A program made the position numbers and the translations under genes. A stretch of 64,000 nucleotides of DNA from NCBI GenBank assembly GCA_951406725.2, contig OX597820.1, forward strand, positions 63,984,001-64,048,000, in the 5' to 3' direction. Shown here piece by piece: positions 30,960-44,377 of this stretch (its first letter is position 1; each line of letters opens with the position of its first letter). The DNA comes from Octopus vulgaris (lineage: Eukaryota). Below the pieces are notes generated by a model that searched no databases, was not told where the DNA came from, and saw nothing but the letters and a program-made list of their open reading frames with translations.

Positions 30960-33365
30960 TCGTAAATTAATTGACGGGAAAAATTATAGCGACACAAATG
31001 TCGATGTGTTCATTTAATGCTATTTTCATCTGGGATCTATATACCGTCATGCTCTGGCGTAGACTGTTCATCGTTTGACCAATATATTGCTCTCGACACT
31101 GAGCAAGTTAACCAATATATTAGGTTTTCTGAAGCACATGTGAAGTTGTTTTTCACTGTAAAACGTTGACACTGTTTGAAGGAGAACTCCGATCCCTCAG
31201 TTAAGCTGGCGCATATACCACAGTTAGTTCTCCCTAGATTTTTTTCTTTTCCTGTCGGTTTCGATGTTGTCGACCAGTGTACTTCGGCTTGTGTTAGAAG
31301 ACATGGGTTGTTTTTTGCTCTTTATGATAGTATTCGTTTAGTGAATTTGATTCATTCTATGGTCCTTGTTAGTAATGGGGTGTTCTGGAGGATAGTGTTG
31401 ATGGTCTCATTGTTTAGGAGTTTGGGTGTTGCTATGTAAGGTAGGGCTTTTTGCTGTAATTCTTTCTTTACTTTGGGATGTCTGAGTTCCTGCATGTAAA
31501 TTTGTGATGGTGGTTAATTCCTGGTGATGAGTGTATTCTTTAGCTGATGTAGTCGTTTGTCCATTGTGCTTCTATTAGATACTATAGTGCCAATCCTTTT
31601 TGCCAGGCTGAAAGGGATTTTTATTCTAGTGTGTCTGGGGTGGCATGAGGTGAACGGTAGATATGGCGTGGGTTCCATGGGCTTGTACCATGTGCCTGTG
31701 TCAATTTTGCTGTTGGATTTCTTAATTAGGATATCGAGGAATGGAAGATGTTGATGCCTATATTCCATCGCAAATTGAATGTTTATGTCAAGTCCAGTTA
31801 GAAATGCTTGAAATTCTTTAAGTCTCTGTAAACTTTCCTACCAACGAATTAAGCAGTCATCTAGATATCGCTTCCATTATTTTACTATGTAAAGAGAGAA
31901 GAGTATCCGTATTTTTCTACTACATTTGATGCGGTGTGGAAGTTCATTGGAATATTTCTCTAGGCGGAATTGGATTGCTTCTATTCGTAGGTTGTGGGGG
32001 ATATTAGAATAGAGGTTGGCATCGAAGGATACTAGTAGGGTTATTTAGTAATTCTTTCGGGGAGGTAGTTGAAAATATCTACGTCGTTCCTTATGTAGCT
32101 TCAAATATGCTTCAGGAATGGTTTTAAGAGGGTATCTAAAAGGTTGCAGAGGCCTTAAGTTTCGCATGCGGAGCCTGCTATGAAAGGTCTTAATTTGAGG
32201 TCATTAGGTGGAGGTACATTGATTATTATGTCTGTGGTTCCCTGCATGCATAACTAATTTTTTAAAATTTTTGTGTATCTTAGGAATACTGTAAAATTGA
32301 CTGGTTCATCAAAGATTTTAGGCTTCTCATTATTTCTCTGCTGACTGTAGTGTTGACCCTTTCCATAGTATGCTGTGTCATCTAATATGGATAGCACTAG
32401 ATGTATATGGTATAACGTGTCCATTAAGTCTACAGCACTCCTTTTTTTCACCTTTTTGATTGTTATTGTTTGAATATTCTTTAATCTATTCAGCTCAGCC
32501 AATTCCTTTTTGCTGAAGTTTGGCTTCTCTTTCTATTTTGTATATGTTCATATGAGTAATTCTTAATGTGTTCACAGAAATGGCCAAGAATTTAGTTCTT
32601 AAATTTTGAGAGGGTGTAGTTACTTCTATTTCTGGCTAACGATTCGTCGTCGTGTCTGTCGTATAGTTCCACGGCAAGTCGCAATTTTCTCCAAAAAAAT
32701 TCCGTTACGTCTTCTTTCATTTCGTTGTAGTTGGGACGTTGGTGTGTCGGGGTGTTTGTGTAAATTTGAGCCCATTGGAGAGTATGTTGATTTAGTCTGG
32801 TGTTAGTTCTTTGTGAGTTAGATTGATGACTTTTATTACTTTTGGTTTCTCCTGTATGTCTGGTAATATCTCGTATTCATGTGTCTGTGTACTGGATCTA
32901 AAAAATGTTGAGTTGAGTGGGACGGTAGCTGTTACGTAGTTGTCCCCTTTTATTGTGTAGTGCCCTGTTGTCGTGATTTATGGTGCAGGGTCTTAGATGG
33001 GGATTGAAAATTGCGCTCCTATATTCCATGTTCGGATGTGGCGCATTAGAGGGACGTCATCAGTTATTATTTCGCGAGATATGGGTTTGTTGTGCGAGGT
33101 TGTTAAGTGGATTCTTGGAATAAAAATTACGTTGGTTTCTCTTTATGGGGTGAGGGGTAATGTCTATCCTGTAGGTAATGATTTCTTATTTCTTTGTCTG
33201 TTGTTATGCTACCCCAGTTATTTTTTCGTGGATAAGTTATGAAGTTAGGATTCGCAAAACCTAATATATGTGTTAACTTGCTCAGGGCATCGAGAGTAAT
33301 ACGTTGGTCAATCTAAAAATAGTCTACGCTAGAGGATGACCGTATATAGATTCCAGATTAGAATA
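30960..33365 (-). mobile_element. Decayed Penelope-like element with inverted terminal duplication
   Basis: Minus-strand motifs LKLRPFIAG (~32170), LVSFDANLYSNIPH (~32010), WKRYLDDC (~31860), LPFLDILI...YKP...YL.F.SCHP.H (31514-31768), and GIY-YIG NLIY.LTC...QYIGQT (31021-31135). Confidence 0.85.
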
Positions 33366-34016
33366 CGAGAATACAGAAAAAATAGTAGAGTAGAATCTGA
33401 AGAAAATCAAATGGTTATTTTCATATTGGAACAAACGAAAATTTAATTAAACGACGTAATCCAAACCATAAATATAGTTTTAGAAACAGAAATAAGTTGT
33501 GTAGCACCATTTTAAGTAAAATTATATGAAAATTAATGAATGATTATAAATTATATAATAAATGGCACATACTTAGTCATGGTAGATCTCATAAAATTGC
33601 TGATTATAGATGTAACTTTTGTGTAGAGGAAATATATCAAATTTTAACATCAAAACAGAAATTTCTTAACTATAAAAAAGAACGTGTTTTAATATTGTAA
33701 ACACTCTTCAAAACGTGTTTAGAAAATATAATTAAATCTAATTGATTATTTGGAGGATTATTAGGTACAAAAGTACAAACTATATTAGATAATTAAAGTT
33801 TATATTGCTATAGAATCTTTAGTATGTATATATGTATGTGCATGTGTGTGTAGATTTATGCATGTATGTATATATGTATATGTGAATACTTATGTGTGTA
33901 TATGCATATATGCAGTTTTAGGTTTGTAACTTATACATATAGCTATATATATATGTAGGTATGTGTGTGTATGTATTTGTATATTTATGTATATGTGTGT
34001 GTACGTATGTTTACTA

Positions 34017-34089
<73 letters not shown>

Positions 34090-34387
34090 CATAATTATTT
34101 AGTAAATTGATTAGAATCATTTATTTAATATCATTATTTTATTAAGTAATATAATACTAAAGATTTATTAATGTAAAATTACATTGTAAATTATCTTATA
34201 ATATCGTTTATTTAAATTCCGTTATAGTACATTATAATTTTATATTAGCTACAATTATTTTAAATAGTTAGCTGGTTTTAAATTTGCAAAAATTATGATT
34301 ATAATTACAATTATAAATTTATTTTTTATTTTACTTTTAGTTAAACATGTTTTATGTTGAATAATTATCTGAATATATATGCAAGTA

Positions 34388-34452
<65 letters not shown>

Positions 34453-34499
34453 CTATATTTATGTATATATAAATATATATATAGATATATATGTATATG

Positions 34500-34534
<35 letters not shown>

Positions 34535-34932
34535 ACGTCTGTATCTGTGTGTGTGCGTGTATGTATGTATAAGTATTGATATCTATATGTATGTATTTGT
34601 TACCTCCTTTTTGTTAATTTTCATTATATATTTGGGCAAATGAAAACTTATATGTATTATGTATTGATATGTGTATATATGTATATATATGTGTGTGTGT
34701 GTGTATATCTATATATGTATATATGTGTGTGCATATGTGTATATGTGTATATGCATGCCTGTATGTGTGTGTCTATATATGTGAGTATATTGTAAGGATT
34801 ACGGTATATGATATTCAGTTAATAAACAAAATGATTTTAGTATAGGAAAATAGTAATTATGATGATATTAAAGTCATTAAGAAGATTTAAAGTAATGTTA
34901 TTCTATATTGAATGATCTGAAATCTAATTATA

Positions 34933-36145
34933 TTAATTCGTCAAATATGAAATTTGTATTAAGGTATATCGTAAACTTTGACAGCTGCTTATTTTGCACC
35001 ATTATTATATTTGGACACTCTTTATTTTTGTTAGAATGCTGACACATCTATTTCTTTATTGTAACTCATTTTGCGCCTTACAAATTATTTATAAATCGTT
35101 TTTTCCTACTTTTGTTTAGAGATGGATAAGTTGGAGATTTGTACAGTTTTTAAATATGACTTTTTTCTTGCAAATACAGCATCACAGACAGCTCTGAATA
35201 TTGATGGGGTATTTCCTTCTAATGTTATTACTCAGCAGAAAGTATAAAATTGGTTTGGAAAATTTCGTTCTCAAATGAGGAACGCAGTCGACCAGAAACA
35301 AAGGTAAGGTAGATAAGGACGAACTGAAAGCCACCGTCGAGTCAGATCCATCTCAAAGTGTCCGTGAATTATTGTTGTTGTTTGGTGTTAGCAAGCAAAC
35401 AATACTGACTCACCTAGTTCAAATCGGTAAAGTGAAACAGTTGGATAAGTGGGTTCAAAATGAACTCAATGAAAATTAGAAACAGCAACGTTTGCTATTT
35501 TCTCGTCACAAAAATGAATCATGTTTTAATCGAATTGTAACATGTGATGAGAAATGTATCCAATACAACAACCGTAAACGTTCAGCACAGTGGTTGGACA
35601 AAGACGAGTCACCAAAACAGTCCAAAACACAAAATTTATGGAAAGAAGCTGATAGTGTGTGTTTGGTGCTCTGGTGCAGGTGTGATCCATTATGATTTCA
35701 TTAAACCTGGCTCATCAATCACGGCCGAAGTATACTGCAGCCACCTGGACCAAATGATGCACAAACTTAGAAAAGAACAGCCTAGATTAATAAACAGATC
35801 CACCCCTATTTTATTGCAAGACCACACGTTGCAAAAATGTCATTACCGAAATTAAAGGAGTTGGAGTTGGAAGTTCTCCATCATCCACCATACTCACCTG
35901 ATCTTGCCCCCACTGACTACCATTTCTTCCAGAATTTGGATAACTTTTTGATAGGAAAAAAATTCCCAAAACGCTGTAAAACAGACCTTCCAAGATTTTA
36001 TTGACTCTACATAGTCAAGCTTTTAGAGTTCCATTGGAATAGGAAAAGTGTAATGACAATAGGTGTGAATAAAGCTATTCCTGGTATTTATAAACCATTG
36101 GCAAACATTTTTTCTTTTCTACAAATTTCATAATTGACGACCTAA
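34933..36145 (+). mobile_element. Mariner (DD34D-type) transposon, decayed full length
   Basis: TIRs ttaattcgtcaaatatgaaatttgt / acaaatttcataattgacgacctaa with TA both sides; ATG 35122; WVQNEL, IVTCDEK, LLQD, HPPYSPDLAPTDYHFF across frameshifts. Confidence 0.9.
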
Positions 36146-37547
36146 TATTAATTTATATTAAATTTTTAAGTAGAGCGTATTCTAAATATATATTTTTAGT
36201 ATTATATTATGAATGTATTAAATCATAAACACATTGATTTAAATTGAATTATTTCCCCAGAAAATAAGAAATTTTTATATTTATGTAAAAATTAGTTTAG
36301 ATAAAAATTATTCTTGCATAAATAATGTTTATTGTATACCATATTAAAAGATACTTTGTAAATTACTTTTGTGGAATTGTGTCATTTCAATTCTTCCGTA
36401 AATATAAAAGCATATAAACTTTACGATGAGATCTTTCCTCTAAAAAATTAAAAAACAAAGTAATTTAAATTTTAATTTTAGCATTATCTTTTGTAATACG
36501 GAAATGAGTTATTATCAAATTAGAATTTCTGAATTCCTTGTGATTAGATTTTTTTGTTTTGTTTTGGATAACTGGTTAATTCAGGGTTTATTTTATTTCT
36601 ACAGTAATTAGTTTATCATAATGTTATGTTTTAGTGAATTTCTTTCTTATATAAATTGCGTAATTTTTAATTATTAATCTTCGAGTATTAATAATGATTA
36701 TTAGAAATGCAATGTAATTAATGATATCAGTTGCTTTTTGACTAGAGATGATATAGTATTTTAAATATATTATCTTGCTATTTACCTATAGATAAATAGC
36801 GTAATGTTATTATGATAACGTTCTTTTAAATAATATGAATGAATGGAAGGGATATTTCTTATTTCGCCATGGTTCTTCTTTTTTAATATTTTAAAAAAGA
36901 TATTTAAAAATATTGTTCCCGGTATTTTAAAAGAAAGAATGCGCTAAAATATATTTAGATTAAAATTATTAATAGTATACAAATGCATTGTATGACCGTT
37001 ATATTAATTTATTATTTTTAATCTTATTGTTTTTAATTATTAACGCACACGTTTGCAAACATAACTGTATTTGAATTCAGTCTTTTCTTGTATCTGTGAA
37101 ACCTCCTGTATCACAAATTACACTGAAGAGATTCTTACACACAAACAATAGATTTTTATAATTTTATTATGGGTAAGAATCGAAACAATCGTAAGTACTG
37201 TGTGTTTAATATTTATTATTCATTGTATTATATCATATTATTATAAGAGTATAACATGATATAGTATATATAGTTAATAAATTTTAATCCTTGAATTGAT
37301 AATCACATATCTCCATTTTATATTAATTTTTCAGTTTCTTTCTGTGTGTCCGCATTGAGGGGGAACAACTTTTAATTTATGCATATTTTGTGAGCTACAC
37401 AACTATGTTCGATCTCTATTACATAAATCATATATTTTAATGGCTTTTTACAGTTGTTTTCGAACAGTAGAATATACACACACACAGAGAAATACACACA
37501 CGCAAATACACGCATTCAAAGGCACTCACACACACACACACACACAT

Positions 37548-38895
37548 ATTTTATTTTATTTTATTTAGTTTCAGCTCCCAAGCTGTGGCCATGCGGGGGC
37601 ACCGCCATTTGGTGTTGCTACATGATTTTACTTCACGAATGCTTTTTAGCAAATGCCATCTGGTGCATGAGAGAGTTCGATGCAACTGCCCTCATCTGCA
37701 CACCCTGCCGTAAAGTTGGTTCATCTGGGACACCTGACAAGAGGAGATCCAGTTTCATTTCAAAGAGATCTGCATCCACCCCATGCATGTCTCTTAGGTT
37801 CTTCGGGAGGATTTTGAAGAACTGTGGGCCTCGGAAGCCCAGGCTATCACAGTATCGTGTCCTACATCTTGATGGCAAATTTGGAGTCCTTGGCACTATG
37901 AAGTGACGCCCAGTTCTGGCATTTGTGTAACTCTCGATGCCATAGTTTGGGACAAGTCCTTCTAGGATATTCCATATGTATATTATGGCATATCTTTCTC
38001 GCCTACCCTCTAAGGAATAGAGTCTCAAAGCTTATATGCTGCACAGAGGCTATTTTCTTCGTGTAGCTTCGTTGGATCGCCTCAAATTCTGTGATTAACT
38101 TGACACTGGATGGTGACCATAGCTGAGAGCAATAGTCAAAGTGGCTTAGGACAAGTGTCCTCCAGAGGACCATCATGGTTTCCTGGTCTCTTGTTCTAAA
38201 GGTTCTAAGAATCCATCCGGTCAGCCGCCTACATTTCATTACCAATTTAGCAACATGCACATGAAAGGTTGCATCATCACTCATGTAAATACCCAGGTCT
38301 CCCACTGATTGTGCCTCTGGGATTGTAATCCCTGTAGGTCCAGTGTATTTATTGGGTATTGCATTTAGTTTTGCATGCTGATAGTAGAAAGCTTGAAACT
38401 TTTCAGCATTGAACTGTATGCTATTCTTTTCAGACCACTTGTATATTTTGTCCAGCTCACATTGCAGGTGCTTAGTGTCTTCAGGGTTCTGTATTGCCTG
38501 CGAAACTTTTGTATCATCTGCATAACTTGTGATCGTGGCTCTCTGCGTAGCTGAGGGCATGTCTGAGAGGGCCATTTTGAACAGTAGTGGTCCCAGAACA
38601 GTTCCTTGCGGAACACCGCTCACTATTTGCGTGTTAATGGAAGTGGCCCCATTGGCTACTACCACCTGACTTCTATCCTTCAGAAAGTCATGAAGCCATT
38701 CTCCCAGTTTTCCAACTACGCCAAGATCACGCAGTTTGTGACATATCATTCCATGATCGACTTTGTCAAAGGCCTTTGCAAAGACGAGATATATGACTTC
38801 CACATTTGAGTGGTTGAGCAGTCGTTTCAGCACCCAGTCATAGTGTTGTAGGAGCTGAGTTAAGCAGCTTCTTCCTGGTCGGAAACCATGTTGGG
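37548..38895 (-). mobile_element. 5'-truncated CR1/L2-group LINE (RT domain + 3' UTR)
   Basis: [55 protein letters not shown]; 3' UTR followed by (TAAAA)n tail. Confidence 0.92.
37633..38893 (-). pseudogene. Reverse transcriptase remnant (ORFs 38003-38833 and 37633-38028, frameshifted)
   Basis: Non-LTR RT motifs as above; first catalytic Asp appears mutated (YLVF instead of YLDF). Confidence 0.88.
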
Positions 38896-38901
38896 TTTAT
38901 A

Positions 38902-38979
<78 letters not shown>

Positions 38980-39601
38980 TACATGTATATATCGAATAAT
39001 TGTTTATTTTGCCACAATCAGTCAGAGGATGATGACTGTCAACAGTTTACTCATCTCTATTTGTTTTGCGTGACGAATATTAGAGAGTAAACTTTATAAT
39101 ATATTTTGGGAGACATTCCTAGACTTGTCAGGAGTTTCGTGAAAAATCAATTTTGATTAAAACCACATCAATATCACGGAGAGAGAGTGATTACATTCTT
39201 AGTTCACATACAGTCAGCTTTTATAATATAGAATGTAGTTTGTCTTTCATACTTATATATACATGTATCGATATAAACACCCTTGTCACCATATTTTAAC
39301 TTTCTGCACATGCTCATGGCCTGCTCTATTCTGAATGCTTAATCATTCTCGAATTCTATATCTTCCATTGCTCTATTATTCTGTCCGTTATGGATGCCTC
39401 TCTGTTTCTCTAGGGATAAAATCACAATCCTTCACTATTGATATCAATAAACACACACATACACACATACATATATAGGCGTTGATGTGACACTGAGACA
39501 AGGAGGCTTGCTTGGTTTCCAGCCATATCTTGAATTCAGAACCACTAAATAGTCAGACGAAATCTGAAGCAACTCGTCCTCCACATTCTGAAGCATAGAT
39601 A

Positions 39602-39737
39602 TACATACATACATACATACATACATACATACATACATACATACATACATACATACATACATACATACATACATACATACATACATACATACATACATAC
39701 ATACATACATACATACATACATACATACATACATACA
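39602..39737. repeat. (TACA)n microsatellite
   Basis: Direct reading. Confidence 0.95.
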
Positions 39738-39822
39738 CACATATATTCATTTTCAAAATGTGACGCGTGAGTATCGTTGGCGATTTTCTTTCTCCGTCTT
39801 CCCTTCTTTGAACTTTTTCTAT

Positions 39823-39857
39823 ATTTCTGATGAAGAGCTCCGCTCGAAACGTGAAAT
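39823..39857 (+). ncRNA. Minimal type I hammerhead motif in a solo pLTR-like island
   Basis: ATTT-CTGATGA-a-GAGC tcc GCTC-GAAA-CGT-G-AAAT; canonical core, but cleavage triplet GUG is unfavourable. Confidence 0.65.
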
Positions 39858-40000
39858 CCTCTTTATTTTCCTTCCTTTCCTGATCGTCCAATAACACTGT
39901 ACTTATTCCACGTCCCCGCGTTATTGTTTCTTCTTGCTTGTTCATGTTTGGATTGACTATACACATACATATGTATCTGTATGTATGTATATAAATATAC

Positions 40001-40055
<55 letters not shown>

Positions 40056-40058
<3 letters not shown>

Positions 40059-40159
40059 TGAGTGTCTGTTTGTGAGTGTGTGTGTGGGGGGGGGGCAAAC
40101 AAAAGGTTAACAAAACGCACACACATAGTTATGCATCTATCTATCTATTTGTGTCTCTC

Positions 40160-40236
<77 letters not shown>

Positions 40237-40343
40237 GGAGAGACACAAATAGATAGATAGATGCATAACTATGTGTGTGCGTTTTGTTAACCTTTTGTTT
40301 GCCCCCCCCCCACACACACACACTCACAAACAGACACTCATGA
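40056..40343. repeat. 288-bp near-perfect palindrome centred on (TA)n
   Basis: tcatgagtgtctgtttgtgag...gcaaacaaaaggttaacaaaacgcac... mirrored by ...gtgcgttttgttaaccttttgtttgc...ctcacaaacagacactcatga. Confidence 0.95.
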
Positions 40344-40508
40344 CAACTGGTGTTGGTTTACGTCCCCATAATTTAGCAGTTCTGCAAAAGTTATCAACAG
40401 CAAAAAGTACCGGGCACGCGCACTACTTACTAGGCTGATACTTTCGAATAAACCCTTCAAGGTGATGCTACATTATGGATACAGTGCACAGACTGAAACA
40501 AGTTAAAG
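40343..40508 (+). mobile_element. Diverged 3' half of CORE-type SINE
   Basis: ggtttacgtccccataatttagcagttc...gactgaaacaagttaaa. Confidence 0.65.
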
Positions 40509-41435
40509 GCAAAATGTACAGATACATATTTATATATGCAGAAGGACATCCTTAGATATGAATATCTTTCTATGTGTGTGTGTGTGCATATGCGCTCGCA
40601 TGTGTATATGAATGTGTTTGTATGTTATGCACATAATAATTACTGTTAATACATGTTTTCATATGTATCACAGCGGAATGTTATATACGTCAACCCTATG
40701 ATATATTCCCAGTGATAATTGAAGACCTAATAACTAGAGTGTACTTTCTTTTAACAGAGAGTGTAATTTCACTCACTGTGAAAGACACGTTTTTATGATA
40801 CAGGAATAGGACATAAAATATCCCATGCACAAAAGACGTAAAGATGCATCGGAAATACTTAGCTGAAAAGAAGCAAATACAGGCACATCGATAGCAATGG
40901 TAAATGGCATATATTGCTTACGGGTTATAAATTTAGATCTAGGAACTGTAAATATTGGTGCATTGGTTATGTAACTCTTTACACTAGCAACAAACTTCTT
41001 AATATAGGTTTCTTAAAATTAGAAAGACCGAGACTAATTAAGAAATTGCAATTAGAAAACAGTAAAAGTAATTGTGAAAGTTATGTACGGAATTTTAGTT
41101 TAGCCTCTGGTAAATATATTTTCACACACGTCATAACATAAAGCTATGAATGTAAGTGCATATAATACACACACACACACACACACAGACACACATACAC
41201 ACACATACACATACACACACTATCCAGTAGGTGCTGTCTAAATAACGTTGAACGACTTGTTTCTGTTGGAGACTTATTTCTATACCAGGGAGAGATTTTA
41301 TAAATAAAGCAGAAGCTACATGTATCTATGCATACCACAAGTACAGACATTATATATGTGCGTGTGCATATATATCTATAAATGTATGAATCAGTATACA
41401 CACATATGGACATGTATATGTGTGTGTGTGTCAGT

Positions 41436-41521
<86 letters not shown>

Positions 41522-41785
41522 CTATTCAACTGCTCGCATGCGATCTGTGGGGTTTAATGCATATGCTTTTCAATGAGGATTTCCGATCATGATTGTTCAC
41601 TTGTTCGACAAAATAGTCTACAAAGTTCATCGATTCGCGTGTATCTTGCTGACCATTCTACAGACTTCTGTAGTAGCAGCGTGCCATGGAGTTTCGAGCG
41701 TAGGCCTTTTGATGTATATGTACAGATCTTGTGACAGGATTTTGCATAGTCTCTATCTACTGAAATTTGTATGTATATGATAGTA

Positions 41786-42960
41786 AGAGGGTTGGCTGAA
41801 ATGTTCACAGGCTGAACAGGATACTCTTATGGAAAGTGACTAAATGAGATTTCTTTTTCAGCATATTCCTCCTTGCAGTTCACTCACTTCTCCCATAGGT
41901 GTTGCAGTGCTGTATGTCAAAAATAATATCAACAGCACATCTGATGCCATCACGGTGATACCGGTCACCGACCAGTTACTTTTTCATATTGAGGAACATC
42001 TGATATTGAGATGGGGTCAAATTAGAACAGAGAGCGTGGTCAACCAGTTCAGACACACAGGCACGCACAGCAGCCTTTGAAACCAAGGAGTCACGTACTG
42101 GACCACTTTCGTAAGTTTTACTTGAAATTTTGTCTGGGTAGCCTTTCGTAACAGTATCATCAATTAGGCATAGTACTCTGCATTGATTATGTGGATCCTT
42201 TAATGATAGTCAATAAACATAATCCCTTTTCCACCCCAGAAAGTTTTTTTCGAGAAGGTGAGCAGGTGTGTTTCTACTGCAGGAATTGTCTATTTGTTTC
42301 TGATACCCTCTGGGTTCGGAAACGTTCAAGGAAACTAGCTGGATCTGTTTTAAACTGTGACATATCTTCCCGAGGCGTAATTAGCCAGGTAAACTCTTGA
42401 TCTGGTGTCACAAGATCGGGAACGTACTGAGCAGCAACCTTTGTCATGCTAAGTTCATTGTGCAGAATATTCTCAAATCCCTCAAACGTTATGCGAGTAG
42501 CATTGGCTGTTTCATTTATAGTGAATTACCTGTCATGCATCACCATATGCTGAGCACGATCAATGTTTTCCTCGATGGTGATAATTGCAAGATGTTCAGA
42601 TCTTAGGTCATCATTAAGTTTCTCTCCTCCCTTCATAAATACAGCTGCCCTCTCTAGCAATCTTCTGAAAGCTGGAGTATCATCCCCTACTAGAGCAAGC
42701 GTGTCAGTATGAATGTCATTGGGGACTAAATCATTTTTCTGCACGTATGAAAACAAAACAAGGACGAATTGTTCCCTTTTCAAGAGATGTCGCTTCTAAT
42801 TACATTTGAAGTTGTCTTTGGACAATCAAATATCAATTTACCTGGAAAGAAATAATGTTCTTATATTAATGAGAATGGTTGAAATTAATGAATGCCGAAT
42901 TTCACAGCTTTAGCATCACTCCTCCATTGTTCACCGACGAACCTTTCAGCCACACCCTCA
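41786..42960 (-). mobile_element. Mariner transposon (irritans-like), decayed full length
   Basis: TIRs agagggttggctgaaatgttc / gaacctttcagccacaccctca with TA; minus-strand LNDDLRS...TIEENIDRAQHMVMHDR and ELVDHALCS.LTPS.Y.MF remnants. Confidence 0.85.
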
Positions 42961-43055
42961 TATTCTCATTTAGATGTTCTTCTATGATACAGCTCGTTAT
43001 CTGTGATATATATCTCTCCTCCCCCTCCCCTTCTCCCCCTCTCCCCCTCCCCCTA

Positions 43056-43352
43056 TTCTCCTCACTACACCACACGACTTCACACATCACATCATATATG
43101 ATGTGCCATACTAATACATACACCAACTAATACATACTAATACGTACTAATACATACTAATACATACTAATACATACACCAACCCTATACATACACACGT
43201 CCAGACCCCTCATACGCACTTATACTCTCTCATACACACACACACACACTTATACATACTAATACGTACTAATACATACTAATACATACTAATACATACA
43301 CCAACCCCATACATACGCACGTCCACACCAATCCTACGCACTAATACTCTCT

Positions 43353-43387
<35 letters not shown>

Positions 43388-43764
43388 ATACATACTAATA
43401 CATACACCAACCCTATACATACACACGTCCAGACCCCTCCTACGCACTATTAGCTGGTCCTTCAACCATATTATCAACCCTATTATCTCCCCTTATTTCG
43501 CTCTCGCGTCTCATGTTTGATCTTTGACCTCTGGCCGAAATCAGATCGCCATGTTGATTCGTTAGCTACTGCACGCATTTTTTTTCTCTCCTTCTTTCTG
43601 TGTTTTTTTTCTCTCTGTGTATCTTTCTGTTGAAGAGCGTAGGCTCGAAACGTTAAAGACTTGTTTTATTTATATTTCCTGAGCGCCATACTAATACAAT
43701 TGTTCGTTTGCTTTCCACCTGCCTTCGTCTTTTGTCTATTTTCATAAAGCTTCCCGTTATATAT
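43056..43764 (+). repeat. 5' pseudo-LTR
   Basis: Nearly identical to 47533-48234; contains tactaataca subrepeats and hammerhead. Confidence 0.93.
43622..43659 (+). ncRNA. Minimal type I hammerhead ribozyme, A6U core variant
   Basis: TCTTT-CTGTTGA-a-GAGC gtag GCTC-GAAA-CGT-T-AAAGA; stems I and II perfect, palindromic stem III (AACGTT). Confidence 0.75.
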
Positions 43765-44377
43765 TATGCGCTCACGTGGTCTCACTTTCATCCTATATTC
43801 TACCAATACCACTATCAACACTTACCTCTACCTTGAATTTTCTTTACCTCTTGGATACTTACCATTGGCTGCACCTCTCTTTCGCGGATCAAAGTGACTT
43901 TGCATTGATGTGAAATCCTTAAAAAATATACCACGACGTCTACACATTTCTCACCTTGAACTTTCAACCTTGAACTTGTTCGCATAAACTGTCCCGTTTA
44001 TTGTATTTTTATTTTCTCTTATATTACCACTTTTTTTACATTCATTTCATGCTTTCCACATTTTCCTGCATTTTTGTTCTCCTTTCTGTCTTTCTTCCCT
44101 CTCTGGATGTCCATACTCCGTTTCCTCTGCCTGCACCCCCCTTTTTTGCCCCCCCTCTCTCTGCTTCCCTTCTTTCTTTCCCTTTTCCGTTTGCCCCGTC
44201 TTTTCTGCCCCTATCGCTTACTTATCTAGTTTTTTCATACGATTATTATTTTTTGTTTTTTTGAACGTTTGTTTTTTCCCTTTTTTTCTATTTTTTTCAT
44301 ACGATAATTTTTGTTTTTCGTTTTGTTTTTTTGTTTTTTTTTTGTTTTTTCGAAAGTTTTTTTTCCGCTAACCCATC

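Noticed and set aside
43105-43455. CRISPR-like array of short repeats
   Set aside because: No unique spacers of regular length and no cas genes; this is a eukaryotic minisatellite within a pLTR
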